Assembly (NCBI GenBank): GCA_950097015.1
Contig: CATNEN010000038.1
Span: 5,766,001 to 5,830,000 of the forward strand
Source: Macrostomum hystrix
Taxonomy: Eukaryota > Animalia > Platyhelminthes
Direction of reading: 5' to 3'
DNA: 64,000 nucleotides
Shown: positions 23,201 to 35,300 of the stretch, piece after piece
How the letters are laid out: each line of letters starts with the position of its first letter
How positions within the stretch are numbered: the stretch's first letter is position 1
Notes under the pieces: model-generated
Told to the model about the DNA's origin: nothing
The model's database searches: none
The model's input: only the letters and a program-made list of their open reading frames with translations
Translations under genes and position numbers: made by a program

Positions 23201-24844
23201 CTTGGATAAAAATGGGGCGGCAAAATGGCTTGCTAGTCCTCCTGTTAATATTCCGGGAGTACAAAAGATATTAAACCCGACAATTGTTATACTTTGTAGA
23301 AATGTAAACTTAGATCTAGATTTTTTAATACAGTTTAGATCCATCTCTACTTTCTAGGCGCTAATTCTTTGGCGTTTGAGAATTCGCTAATTTGAGAACA
23401 CGAATAAAACTAGTAAAATTCGTGTAGACCACACAGGGCTTGCAGGTTTGTCGTGCCATTTGCGCGCATGAGCAGGGCCTTGGCACTCACCTCAGCCACG
23501 TTGCACAGCTCCTTGCACGGCGACACAACTAGAAGGGCCCCGTCGCGCAGCAGCGGGTGATTGAGCGCCACCTCCATCACCGCAGCTCGGTTGGCCAGAT
23601 CGGATCTCTCCTCGGCCTGCAGGATGAGGTCCTGCTCCGGGATGGTGTCCCAGGGCTGCTGGTAGGCTGACAGATCCTCCATGAGGTCGAAATTGTCCTC
23701 CGGCAGGCTCAGACTGACTGCCGGCTTGGCGGCGAAGCGGAACCGGATCATTCGCCAGCCATTGTACACGGAGTCACTATCGGTGGCCACTGGCAGGAGG
23801 TCCTGGCGCAGGATCTCGTTGACCAGGACTGCCTTAGCGTATCGAGTCTGGCCCAACACCACCATGGCAACGGGCTGGTTGAGCAGGCTGAGTAGCTGCT
23901 GGTTGTCGGAATCACTGAGCTCAGCCACAAATTCCTTAGGCTTGTCTGCATTAGGAAATAGGGTTATAAGAGGCTATAACATGTCAAGCTTGCAAATCAG
24001 TGGTTCGAATTTCATTCAAGGAAGCAAATTTGTGTCTCTGAGCTTAACTACATTTGTTCCTAGTATTAGTAGCACTATTATTACTCATAAATTTTTTTAA
24101 ATGGGGGCTAAACAGTTTAATTTCTGTCATTGAAAGTAACTTCATGAGCAAAATGCTTGTAAGATGAGCCCACCAGCAACTACAGTATAGTTAGCTTTCC
24201 TTTTATCTTGGTTTCTTTATCTATTATATTTTTTAACTAAATATTTACATTTTACCTATAATATAAGAAAGAACTCTTAAATGTTCTAATTCTGATATAT
24301 GAAACTGATAAATTATTTTTTAACCTTTAAGCTCTATCTATATATGGACTTAAAAATTATCAATAAAGTCAATTACCCCATTATTAAATATAAAATAATG
24401 ACATGCTTAACTATTTTTAACTGGCTAATGTTCCAATATGGAAAAATAGCTAACCAGCTATTCCTACCCAATATCTGACAGCTAGCTAGACACTACAAGA
24501 AATCTAAGACTCGATGTAGAATCCTAATTGTTATAAAATTTCTTTCAATTTTGAACTTCAAATATGAAAAATAAAAAATAAAAAATAAAATTACGAAATT
24601 GTGCGAACAACCGAAATATAAAACTTCCGAACGCAAATGAATATTATGAAATGCTTTAAAGAAATGAATAAAAAACTAACAAGATACTTTACTAACCTGA
24701 AAGTATTGAAGACATACTTTCATCTTTTCCAGTATTTTGTATTGATACTTCATTAAATGCTGTCTTTGTCTCCTTATAAATTTTCCTAAGTTGAGACACA
24801 CATCGGTTAAACTTAGAGAACTCGAAATGTAAACTTCCAGCCAT
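17265..24844 (-). CDS. DSTYK: Dual serine/threonine and tyrosine protein kinase (DSTYK/RIPK5 ortholog). 10 exons: 24844-24697, 23945-23491, 22989-22671, 22246-22012, 21418-21289, 20874-20434, 19815-19509, 18737-18581, 18488-18339, 17811-17265; 2889 nt, 962 aa
   Basis: All introns are GT-AG with consistent phases and the total length is divisible by 3. DSTYK-diagnostic motifs: [79 protein letters not shown], and N-terminal [35 protein letters not shown]. Confidence 0.95.
17836..18320. repeat. 14-bp minisatellite (AATGACCGAATCCC)n, DSTYK last intron
   Basis: Periodicity seen directly. Confidence 0.93.
18844..19390. repeat. Two adjacent 21-bp minisatellites (GTAAGAGAGGTAGATAGGTAG)n and (GTGGTGTCGAGGGGTAGACAG)n, DSTYK intron
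   Basis: Periodicity seen directly. Confidence 0.92.
19864..20422. repeat. (AATCC)n simple repeat with an embedded 30-bp higher-order unit, DSTYK intron
   Basis: Periodicity seen directly. Confidence 0.92.
20968..21258. repeat. 23-bp minisatellite (CTGAGATTCTTGTACACCCCAAA)n, DSTYK intron
   Basis: Periodicity seen directly. Confidence 0.92.
21607..21869 (-). mobile_element. SINE family A copy in a DSTYK intron
   Basis: Reverse-complement match to 1777-2133. Confidence 0.8.
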
Positions 24845-26004
24845 AAATTACCAAAAAATGAAAACTGCAAGGGAATATTTTGTTTCGGAATGGAAAGTTT
24901 AAAAAAATATTTTATAAGTTTCTTTGCAAAACGTGACAGTTTTTTTCAATTAAGGCCCTACGTATTTTGATGAGAAATATATAGGCGAATTGCAAAACAC
25001 AACACTTTCGAAGCCTATGTTCTTGGAAAATAAAATAATCTAACTTCTGCCTTTTTCTTGTTTAAAACAAATTTTAGTAAAAAAGTGTAAATGGCGTATG
25101 AACAAAGCTAAATATGTAAAACGAAAACTTGACAGAAATATCTAAGTAAAACATTTCACTCAGATGTCAGGCGTTAAAAGTTACGCCACAAAAAACGTTT
25201 TCCTAATGTCTTAATGACATCGCAGAGTGGTCTTTCTCTTAAAATTCCAGGATTTGCCTTCCCAGTACACCATGACGTACGTATAGATAGCGGACGAGCT
25301 GCCAAAGGCTTGAAATCATCGGAGAGACTCGGATTTGGTGTCTTCGGCAAACCTTTAGTAAACCTGAGCTGTCCTGAGTAAGGCATGGCCGTCACAGATG
25401 AAGTGCGCTACGCATTTTTTACACCGTAGGCCATTTCTGATCTGTGGGTACTCATCAACTTGTCTATCAACTTAAGTTGATTGCTAGGATCTTGAAAGTG
25501 CATTAATTCAAACCATTGGCACAAAAGTAATGACGCACCTTGTTAGACTGAATGAAGCGTTGAAAAACATTTTAACTAGTTGCGCTCCTCACTTTAATTG
25601 CTACTTGTTAGTAAGATTTCACAGGTTAGAAAAAGTCCTGTTGCAATAGGATACTCAAGGACAACACAAATCCAAATTGGACTGCAGTAGCAGCGATTGC
25701 TATAGAAGTACAGGTGAAGCAATTCTCATTCACTGCATCACATGATGTCTCACTGCAAACAGCCGCGGCAATAAAAAAAATTAACGAGCCACTGCTTCGC
25801 CTCTGATGTATGGTTAGAAGAATAGGACAAACCTTGCGAACAAATGCGTTGACTAAGCTGCCATTGTTTGAAACTTTTTCTTCAGCGTTGCAGAGAGCAT
25901 AAAACGACTTAAAAATTATAATTGCCACCAACATTGGCCCTAAGAACAAGTCTCCTGGAAAATTTCAAAAGCACTACGCAGTTAACAAACTCAGCATCAA
26001 AGCC

Positions 26005-26718
26005 ATGCGTGAGTATTCTTCCATTTTGTTTTCTGCAATTATCAGCGTCAGCCTCGCGGTGAGCAGCTTCGCCTGTCCCAGTCCGTTCACCCCGCTGTCT
26101 GGTGGCTACTGCGCCTACTGGAATGCCAGTTACTCGGTGAACTGGTGTCAGGCTGCCGAGTTCTGCTTCAGCATTGGAGGCGAGCTGGCAATCGACCTGG
26201 GTCTCATCAGAGCTGCCCGGAGTGGGCTGGTCACCGATCATTCCATCATCGGGCTGACTGACCTGCTGATTGAGAGGGGCACCAATCGCACCGGCTGGCA
26301 GCTCACCAACGGCAGCATCGCTCAGCTGTCGCCATCTGACTGGGAACCGGCCAGGCCTGACAATGTTGACGCCTCAGACGACTTCTGCAATGTCTCACCC
26401 CAAGGCATCGCCGACACTAGATTCCCTTTCTACATGCCGTTCCTCTGCCAGCCGCTGGTGACACCCAACAGCAGCTGGTTCAGGCGGACCGACTTCCTGC
26501 GCCTCGGCAACATCAGCCCGAACTACTGCTTCACTGACGTCTTCGATGTGCAGCTCGAGTTCGACTGCGCGCTCCGCTGCGCCTACAGGTGGCAGTGCAG
26601 AGCCGCCATCTTCAACAAGGCCGACGGCAGGTGCAGGATGCTGGACTTCACCGACGCCAGCGTTGGAGACGCCATCGAGACGGACCCGAACTGGACCAAG
26701 ATGGTCAAGGTCTACTGA
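26005..26718 (+). CDS. Secreted C-type lectin + PAN/Apple domain protein, copy 1 (237 aa, intronless)
   Basis: Signal peptide; CTLD motifs CPSPF..C, NWCQAAEFC..GGELA, IIGLTD, GWQLTNGS, W, FLCQ; C-terminal PAN pattern DCALRC..QCRAAIFNK..RCRML. Confidence 0.88.
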   Translation: MREYSSILFSAIISVSLAVSSFACPSPFTPLSGGYCAYWNASYSVNWCQAAEFCFSIGGELAIDLGLIRAARSGLVTDHSIIGLTDLLIERGTNRTGWQLTNGSIAQLSPSDWEPARPDNVDASDDFCNVSPQGIADTRFPFYMPFLCQPLVTPNSSWFRRTDFLRLGNISPNYCFTDVFDVQLEFDCALRCAYRWQCRAAIFNKADGRCRMLDFTDASVGDAIETDPNWTKMVKVY

Positions 26719-29112
26719 ATTACCTGCTTGAAGCACGAAAAGAAATATTCCCTGAATTAATTACGAGCTCGAAGCGATGCAGGCTTGATGTCAAGTAAAG
26801 GTATCTCTATGGCGTTTTTAAGTATTTGGCAAGCCGTTTACTGAAATTTCAGCATATTAAACTCTTTCCTTATTCGTTACGGCAGTAAATATTGAAAAGA
26901 AACAATTTTCTGTTAATTGTTAGAGAAATCTCAGTCTGGTATCTGGGTGACATGCAAGTCAGCGCTAGAGGAAGACTCAAAATTTTAACAGCTGATGCTG
27001 GGATTTCATTTACTAAAATAAAATTTGGCTTCTGCAAGCGAATCGCAGTAATTCAAGGAGAAGCATCTCTCCCACTTCTAGCTCTCTTGAGTTTGAAAAG
27101 CTTTGGTATCAATACGGAGTATCACTGAAATATATGAAGAACGTCAAGTCGGGTTGCATTTTGACAAAAAATCGGTTATACTACTGCTATAGTGGATTCG
27201 AATTAAAGGTTGCAGACCAGTTAAGTATTTTTCTCGATTGTCAGTCAGACGGAGCAGCAAGCATTCGCTTCCAGCCCACGTCAGTGGCATAATATATGAA
27301 CTTCGTCTTGGTTTTGAGAGGTAAGGGCGCTCTGTTTTCGACACTTGTACGCTACTGTTTAATATTTTTGGCATCGGGAAATTTCATACTATCGCAGGCT
27401 GTTTCTTTGTCGGCTTCGTAACTAGGGACTTTGTAATTTCTCAGAGAACGTTAAACTTTAACTATGTCTGGCTTCGATGATTTCGCCGATGATAAAAGCA
27501 CTGATGTAGTGTATTCTTAAAACAAATTGAGTCTTCGCTGTAAGAGCCAGTCTTTACGGCACTGAACGCATCTGAAAGCGAGGGCGCACGAGCGGAAACA
27601 AGCACAGATAGAAGGGGCAAGAAATGACAACTGCAGCTTCAAGTTATCTGGACAACTCTACTAGGAATATTAGCGCGGTGTGGTGTAGTTTACGTGGTGT
27701 AGCGGTAGCACTTTTATTCTTGTTTATTGCACTGGGATGCACGACAAGCAATGTGGTTAAAGGAAAGGTGCAGGAGCTCAACGATTGCAGCGAATACGAA
27801 GACAGCGGATGATAGCAGAGTGGCAGTACAGAGTGGGCGCGAAAAGAACAGAAACGGTACGCGGAAAGAAACCGAGACAGCACGGAACGGAACGGCACGG
27901 CGAGAAAATGGACACGGCAAAGACACGGTAAGGAACGGCCAAGGAAGGAACTGTGGGTTTTTGCGCGAGCGGGCCTAAAGCCCTTAGTTAAATAAACTTA
28001 ACAAACTGCAGAACAGGGCGAAGAGCCAGAATCTAGAATGTGGCCCCAGCCAATGAGCGTGTAAGTACACTGGTCTGGGCAGACGACATTTAGACACTAG
28101 CAAAAACAAGCTGGGGCAGCGCGATGTGCATCAACACCTACTCACTCTAAGAATTACAACTAACCCCGCGAAACTGTAAAAATGGATGGTAGCCTAATGA
28201 CATCAGTAAAACGGCCCTAGTTAGCACACACGTAAATTAACTTCATAGGGGCGGCATTTGCAACAAGTGACAACGTCACATTTGATTAACCAAAAGCAAG
28301 AGTGGTGCGCGGTTTGCGCGATTTTGTCGTTCCATCAGTTTTTGATCAAAGTAGAATAATTTCAATATATACTGAGAAGTACTTCAGAGCGTCTACTTCT
28401 CAGTAAATATTATTATATATTCTATTCTTCTCAGAGCGTCTGTAATGCTAGCAATAAAACCTCGGATTTTTTGAGTCGTTAAATTTTCGAAAGTTGAAGC
28501 TCAAAACTGACACTTGCCATTCTTCGTCAGTACTAAATACAAGTTCACATCCTCAAAATCTGTCTTCTATAGCTGATAGTTCCAGAACGTCATTAGATAG
28601 TTATGCATACAGATTTGTGAAAGGGATTTTTCAGACCAGCCTTTGCAGGCTGAGTAGCTAAAAACTGCCTACTAACATCTTTGTTTAACAAAAAGCCTAT
28701 AAAAGCATGTCTTCTCGTTCTTAAACTGTGCGATTTGGAAGTTGGCAGCAGAAAAAAAGCAGGGCACTGTTCTTCTGGGAAAAAGCAGAAGTAGGAAACA
28801 CACATACAGTTCTATGATGGTGGTAATTATAGGGGCCGGAGTTTATTTCATGGAAAACATCGCGTTCAAGAAAAAAATTAATAAATAAAACACAAAAGAA
28901 GTTAAATAAATGAATAAATAAAAAATAAATAAATAAAAAGTTTGATTTTATTTGTAGCAGAAAAACTGACAAAAGGAGTGGTGAAATTTATCTAGGAGCC
29001 AGTTTCTTTACCTGCTGCTAATGCAAATCAGCGACTTCACTGTCGCCATAGCAACAGGGGGCTTCGCAGCCATAGAAATTCTTTCTAATGAGAAAAGCTG
29101 GCACAAATGAGT

Positions 29113-29640
29113 TTGCATTTCCAGTGCTCTTGTGCTGCATCTAGCAATATAGAAGCTTGCATTTCCAGTGCTCTTGTGCTGCATCTAGCAATATAGAAGC
29201 TTGCATTTCCAGTGCTCTTGTGGTGCATCTAGCAATATAGAAGCTTGCATTTCCAGTGCTCTTGTGGTGCATCTAGCAATATAGAAGCTTGCATTTCCAG
29301 TGCTCTTGTGCTGCATCTAGCAATATAGAAGCTTGCATTTCCAGTGCTCTTGTGGTGCATCTAGCAATATAGAAGCTTGCATTTCCAGTGCTCTTGTGCT
29401 GCATCTAGCAATATAGAAGCTTGCATTTCCAGTGCTCTTGTGCTGCATCTAGCAATATAGAAGCTTGCATTTCCAGTGCTCTTGTGCTGCATCTAGCAAT
29501 ATAGAAGCTTGCATTTCCAGTGCTCTTGTGCTGCATCTAGCAATATAGAAGCTTGCATTTCCAGTGCTCTTGTGCTGCATCTAGCAATATAGAAGCTTGC
29601 ATTTCCAGTGCTCTTGTGGTGCAATTTAGCAATATAGAAG
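29113..29640. repeat. 44-bp minisatellite (TTGCATTTCCAGTGCTCTTGTGCTGCATCTAGCAATATAGAAGC) x12
   Basis: Periodicity seen directly; ends ~15 nt before the ATG at 29656. Confidence 0.96.
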
Positions 29641-29655
29641 CGACCTCCAATTCGC

Positions 29656-30401
29656 ATGATGCTATTCATTCAGGCCCTCATTCAGGCCCTGCTGCTCCCC
29701 GCCTGCGGTGCGCTGTCGCAGGCCGTTCCGCCGCGTCCGACTCCATTCTGGCTGCTCCCCGCCACCCAGCTGTGCCTGTACAACGACGCCAATCAGAGCC
29801 TCAATTGGTGTTAGATATGGATGTTAACCGTCGCTGCACCGAGATGGGCGGCGAACTGATCAACTCGCAGGAGTCAATTGCAGCCGTGCTCTCATCGAAT
29901 CTGATGGCGGCAGGCTACACTACCAGGATGTGGGTTGGACTGAGCGATCTCAAGTCGGATGTTCGCACCAGCTGGGCGGGTTGGCAAAGAATCAACGGCC
30001 ATGGAGTTCTAACAACAAATAGCTCGCTGTGGTACATCTCGGAGCCAAATGGAGGCAGGGGCAAGCATTGCGTGAGTATCCTTGTTTCGCCTTCTTATTG
30101 GCTCAGCGATACGATCTGTGACTCGAATTACATCAGCTTCATCTGCCAGTATGTGGCGCCTCCAGCAGCAGAGAAGGCTTCAGTTGGCGACTTCTGGAAG
30201 CCCGCTCGATTGGCCAGAACTCGAAGCGACGATTACACATATTATTGCAGCGACGAGCAGCAGGGACTGGCCTCACTGAACACCTGCCTCATCAGAGCCT
30301 CCCTGTGTGGCAGCAGCTGCTGCGGTGTTCTGTACAACAGCAAGCTGGGCGCCTGCCGCCTGCTGCAGTTCGCCGACGCTCCGGTCGAACCGTTACAGTA
30401 A
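29656..30401 (+). pseudogene. Divergent CTL + PAN/Apple paralog disrupted by an 8-nt insertion (stop plus frameshift at 29812-29819)
   Basis: MMLFIQALIQALLLPACGALSQA signal..LCLYNDANQSLNWC* continues in another frame as DVNRRCTEMGGEL..WVGLSD..EPN..HC..SDTIC..FICQ plus a PAN domain. Removing TAGATATG restores the WCxxxxxC spacing of the paralogs. The first Cys codon is also CGT. Confidence 0.78.
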
Positions 30402-30999
30402 CAGGAACGGTTAACACGTGCACATACGATTACCTATCATTGACAGGGAAAGCGAATAAAGATGAAGGCGTTTTGCATTTGGAAGTTCAGTGTGGGAAAA
30501 GTTCATTGCTATTACTCACTCTAAGAAGACAAAGTTAAGACAAAGTCAAACTGAGTGTGCATCTAACGCGCCATCTAAAGTAGTAAGCCAACGTAATACA
30601 ATGCAACTCATACATCGATTTTTGTGCTTAAATGGTCTATGGCACTCGTGCGCACTCGGGCATCGACCATTTTTAAGAACGCAAAATCGATGTATGAATC
30701 CTACATTACTCAAAGTGTTAAAAAATTATAAATGTCGTTTACGTGAACAAAATTCAACTTACAGCAAAGATTATAAATACCCTATAAATACTCCTCTACG
30801 TAGCAGAGGAGGAAATGAGTCGCAATCCGGTAGAGTGCTCTTCCGAAGCCTTGCTCCTGGCCTACTTCTGCCCACTGCTTGTCCGATAAAGTCTTCGTCC
30901 CGAAAGTGAAGGCCACAAACCTTCAGCCTGTGCTTCCTTACGAAATCCAGATTTAAATGATTCAGCTCCAAGATTCGAAGCCATTCTTGTGCTATGTAT

Positions 31000-31755
31000 C
31001 ATTCTTCGATGGAAAGCTGTGAAGCTGCGCTCTTCTTCCGTCCTTCGGAGGAGCCGAGTAAACTGATGTTAAACAGCCTCTGACGCAACAGAAGCGTGAA
31101 TTTAGAGACTGCTGCATGAGAGAATTCTGGGGACGAATACTTTTCTATACTTTTCTCCTTGGTGTGCTGTGCTTTAAAAGAAAAGAAAAATTCTGGAGAC
31201 GACTGCTGCTGCTGCTGATGCGAATTTGGCGATTTGTAGCTGGCCGAATGTTTGTCTATGGCATAAAGTGTGTGATGAGAGCGAAAACCAGATTTTTGCA
31301 TTGAGTGACGTATCTTGGGTATTTATAATCTTTGACTTACAGCATGAAACAGCGAACACGCTATGCAAATAGTAATGCAACTACCGTTTTTACAACGAAC
31401 TTGTTTGAGATAAAAAGGGAAGAATGTGTGTGCGTCCTTGGGGTTTTCCAGTCGATCTTTTCATGTCTGGGCGCCACTCTGCAATTCTGCAAATTCTGAA
31501 AAAAGCATTTTTGTGTTTTTTTCTTTTATAGTTGGTAATTTCATTAATGCACTGCACTCTACTGATTAGTAGGCAATCTTGGCAGTTTGCATTTATTTTT
31601 ACGAGCCAGAATTTGTCAACAAAATCGTCGCCATTTCGGTCGGCCTATCGCATCATCTCGTCGATCTCCTGGTCCGTGAGCTTCTCTATGAGGTTCTCCA
31701 TCACCCTTTTGAGTTCTTGTCTGTCTATGAGTCCCTTACCGTCCTTGTCAAACAC
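31000..31755 (-). pseudogene. Calmodulin-like EF-hand gene remnant (exon ~31755-31605; possible last exon ~31128-31000)
   Basis: After acceptor cgcag| the translation is [46 protein letters not shown], matching calmodulin EF3-EF4, with in-frame TAG at 31647-31645. No upstream exons are visible. Confidence 0.75.
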
Positions 31756-32341
31756 CTGCGCGTTGGTATCACGGGCGTGACTACAGTTATCACGCGGGAG
31801 GGTTTGAAGAAGCTAATAGGCGTGTCAGCTGGTCCAGAAAAGCTGCTAGCAAGCTTTTAAATGCTAAAACGTCTACAACTGCAATAGAAAAAATGGGTGG
31901 GTGCTAATAAATGCTGGCATCAAACGATGTTCTAAAATCGTGCCCCAGACAATTTCTCCCATAAAAATTGTCAAAGCAGCTTCTATTGGAAGTGTAAGAG
32001 CCGGCGAAATTTAGATTGTCAGAAAGTACGCACGAGTTTATTTGGCATAACGATTCAATATATACGAGCAGGGCAGTGATGAGCACGATGAATAATAAAA
32101 TAGGCTAAAGCCAGCCCCACCCCCAAGCGGGTGAAAGGCCGACGCCATGTACATTTAGACCAATCAGACAAGACGAGCCAACGCACAACACACCACGCAG
32201 GAACCCCACATTACTCTCCCCCAAGAAAAGCGCAAGGCGAAGCAACAAAAAAAGGCAATAAAACACAACGAAAAAAAATTCAAAATGCATAACAAAAATA
32301 GTCCAAAAACTACAGTCCCTGTCACACAGTACCTAAATTGG

Positions 32342-35300
32342 CTACCAAGACGCTCTGAAATAGTCAGGAGGTCGCCGCTGCCTTCCTGAGCGACGGGGCC
32401 CTCCCTGACACTCGCCAGCCGCGGGCTCGCGCAGCAACTCCCAGGTGCCAGGGCCGTCCAGCTCCGGGTCGTGGCTCGCGTCAGCGGCTGCTGGAAGGGC
32501 CACCGGCTGGCTCGCCGGCTGGGTCGCCGGCTGCGCCGCCGGCTGGGTCGCTGCGTTGTCAGTTCGGCTGACGAACGGCTTCATTCGATCATGGTGCACC
32601 AATAATTTACGCCTGCCGTTCTCGGAGCGCACTCGGTAGTTCACGGGGCCGACCTTCTTGATGATGGTGTACGGGCCGGACCACCTGTTCGATAGTGACT
32701 TACACTGGCCGCGCTTCATCGCCTGGTTCGACCTTAAACTCGACAGTCTCGGCGCCTCGGTTGTAAAACGCGTGCTGAGAGCTTTGAGCTGATTGCAGAT
32801 TCGCTCGGACCACCTGAAATTCTTGTCTGGAGGTCCTCGCAGCTCCTCGGCAGGTCCTGTTGCCCTTGGACACCGAGCAGCAGGTCTGCGGGCTGTCGCG
32901 GCTCCATGCCCCGCAGAACCTTGAAGGGCGACTCGCCCGTAGAGCTGTGCGCCGAGCTGTTGTAAGCCCACACAACGTAGGGTAGCAGAATGTCCCAGCT
33001 GGTCTGGTTCGCTGCGCAGAAAGCTGACAGCATGTTGCCTAACGTTCGGTTGAACCTCTCGACGTTGCCGTTGCCACTGGGATGAAACGGTGATGTCCTC
33101 GACTTCTCTGTGCCCAGCAGCGCGCAAGTCTCCTTGAACAGCTCGGCCTCGAACTGCCGACCCTGGTCCGAGTGCACGACTTCCGGAACACCGTGTCGCA
33201 GTACCACGGCAGTCACCAGGGCCTCAGCCACCGTCTTGGCGTCGATCTGGCTAAGGGCTGCCGTTTCAACCCACTTTGAGAAGGTGTCAACAAAGCACAG
33301 AATGTAGCGCTTACCAGACGCGGTGGCCGGCAAGGGTCCCTTAATGTCAAGCTGCACGATTGACCATGGTCGGGCAGGCAACGGCTGCCGCACGAGCTCG
33401 GCACGGGCTCTCTTCGGCGCTCCCTTCCGGCGCTGGCAGACCGTACAGCTGCGCACCCAGTCTCGTACGTCTTCGCGCATTTCCGGCCACCAGGCGCGAG
33501 CTTGCAGCGCTCGCAGAACTCGACGTTGTCCGAGATGCCCGGCGCTAGGCAGGTCATGCGCCTGTTGCAGCAGCTCCGCACGCATGTGCTGAGGAATCAC
33601 TGGCAGCCCGTTGTGAAGCAGCGCGCCGGCCGGTGACATCGACAGGCCAGGCATCAGTCTGTGAACCGCCGAACTCACAGCAGCAGGGACCTGGAAGTCG
33701 GGCTGTAGCATCGCCTGACGGGCCGCGTGTGGAATCTGGTCCAGGTCTTGCTCTTCCGGCAGGTTGGCGGTCTTAAATTGCACCGCGGCTGCTCGGCTGA
33801 GAGCGTCCGGCACGATGTTCTCCTTGCCAGGCCGGTAAAGGATCTCCAGCGGAAACTCCTGGATGAGCTGCAGCCAGCGCGCCAACCGTCCCGCAGGCTC
33901 CTTGGTGTTCAGCAGTCCAATGATCGGCTTGTGGTCGGTGAACACCTGGATACGGCTGCTATTACTCAGGTACATTCGAAACTGCTTGAGACTCCATACC
34001 ACGGCCAGGAGCTCTCGGTCCGTGGTGCTGTAGTTGCGCTCGGCCTTGCTCAGCGTTCTGGAGGCATAGGCCACCGGCAGATCCTCGCCGTCTCGCTCCT
34101 GGCTGAGCACCGCACCCAAAGCGACGGCACTGCTGTCACAGCTGATGGTAACGGGTCGATTGAAGTCTGGCAGCTGGAGCACGGGAGCCTGGGTAAGAGC
34201 ATCCTTCAGCTTGGCTAGTGCTGCCGCATGCTCGTCTGTCCATGCGAAACCCCCAGCGCTTTTCTGTGCCAGATGGTGCAGCGGCTTGGCGATGTCGGAG
34301 AAGTTGGGCACAAACCGGCGGTAGAAGCTCAGCATGCCGAGGATGCGCCGGACGTCCTGGTCCGACCGCGGGTCTGGCATCTGTCTGATCGCCTCGACCT
34401 TCTCTGCCGACGGTGCGATGCCGCTCTCGGAAACCTCGTGGCCCAGGTAGGTGACCTTCCGATAGGCGAAGAAGCTCTTGCCAGGGTTCAGCTTCAGTTT
34501 GGCGGACCGCAGACGCTGAAGAACATTGGACAACGACTGGAGATGACTCCCGAAGTCCTTGTTGAAGATGATGAGATCGTCGATATAGGCGATGACCTCC
34601 TCCCAGCTGAGCCCTGTCATAATGAGTTCCATCATGCGCTGATAGGTTGCTGGCGCATTGCACATGCCAAATCCCATTTTCCTGAACTGCATCAAGCCGC
34701 TCGGAGTGTAGAAAGCAGTTAACGGCCGGTCCTCCTCCCTGACTTCCACCTGGAGGAAGCCTTGTCGCATGTCGATGGTAGAAAACCAGGTGCAGCCAGC
34801 CAGAGAGTCGAGTGCCTGGTGCAAGTGCGGCAGCGGGTGAGCATCCTTGACAGTGAGGCTGTTTAGCGCTCGGTCACTGCCTCCGGCGCGGACCATGTTC
34901 GCGCGCTGGCTCTGCGGCGCATCATTTGACGCCGCCCCCCCTGACGTTTGGGGCTTGCGTATTTTGTTGTTGTTGTTGTTGTTGTTTAGCGCTCGCCAGT
35001 CTACGCAGACTCGGATGTCATTGTTCTTCTTCCTGACGATCATGAGATTGCTGGCCCATGGGCTTGAAGACGGCTCGATGACGCCATGTTTTTGCATTTG
35101 AGCAAGCTTCTCGTCCACTTGCTTCCTGAAGGCGTGCGGCACACGACGGGGTCGCTGACGAATCGGATGTGCGCAATCTTCCAGCTCGATCTTGTGTTGT
35201 GCAGCGCCACTCGTCCCTACGTCGAATTCGTGTGCCGAGACCACATCGGCAAACTGTGCCAGCAGAGCCTTTAGTCGGTCGCCGTCGACTGCTGGCAGAT

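Noticed and set aside
32342-33127. Separate env-like third ORF in Gypsy-1
   Set aside because: It contains the integrase GPY motif and no signal peptide or TM, so it is the frameshifted pol C-terminus.
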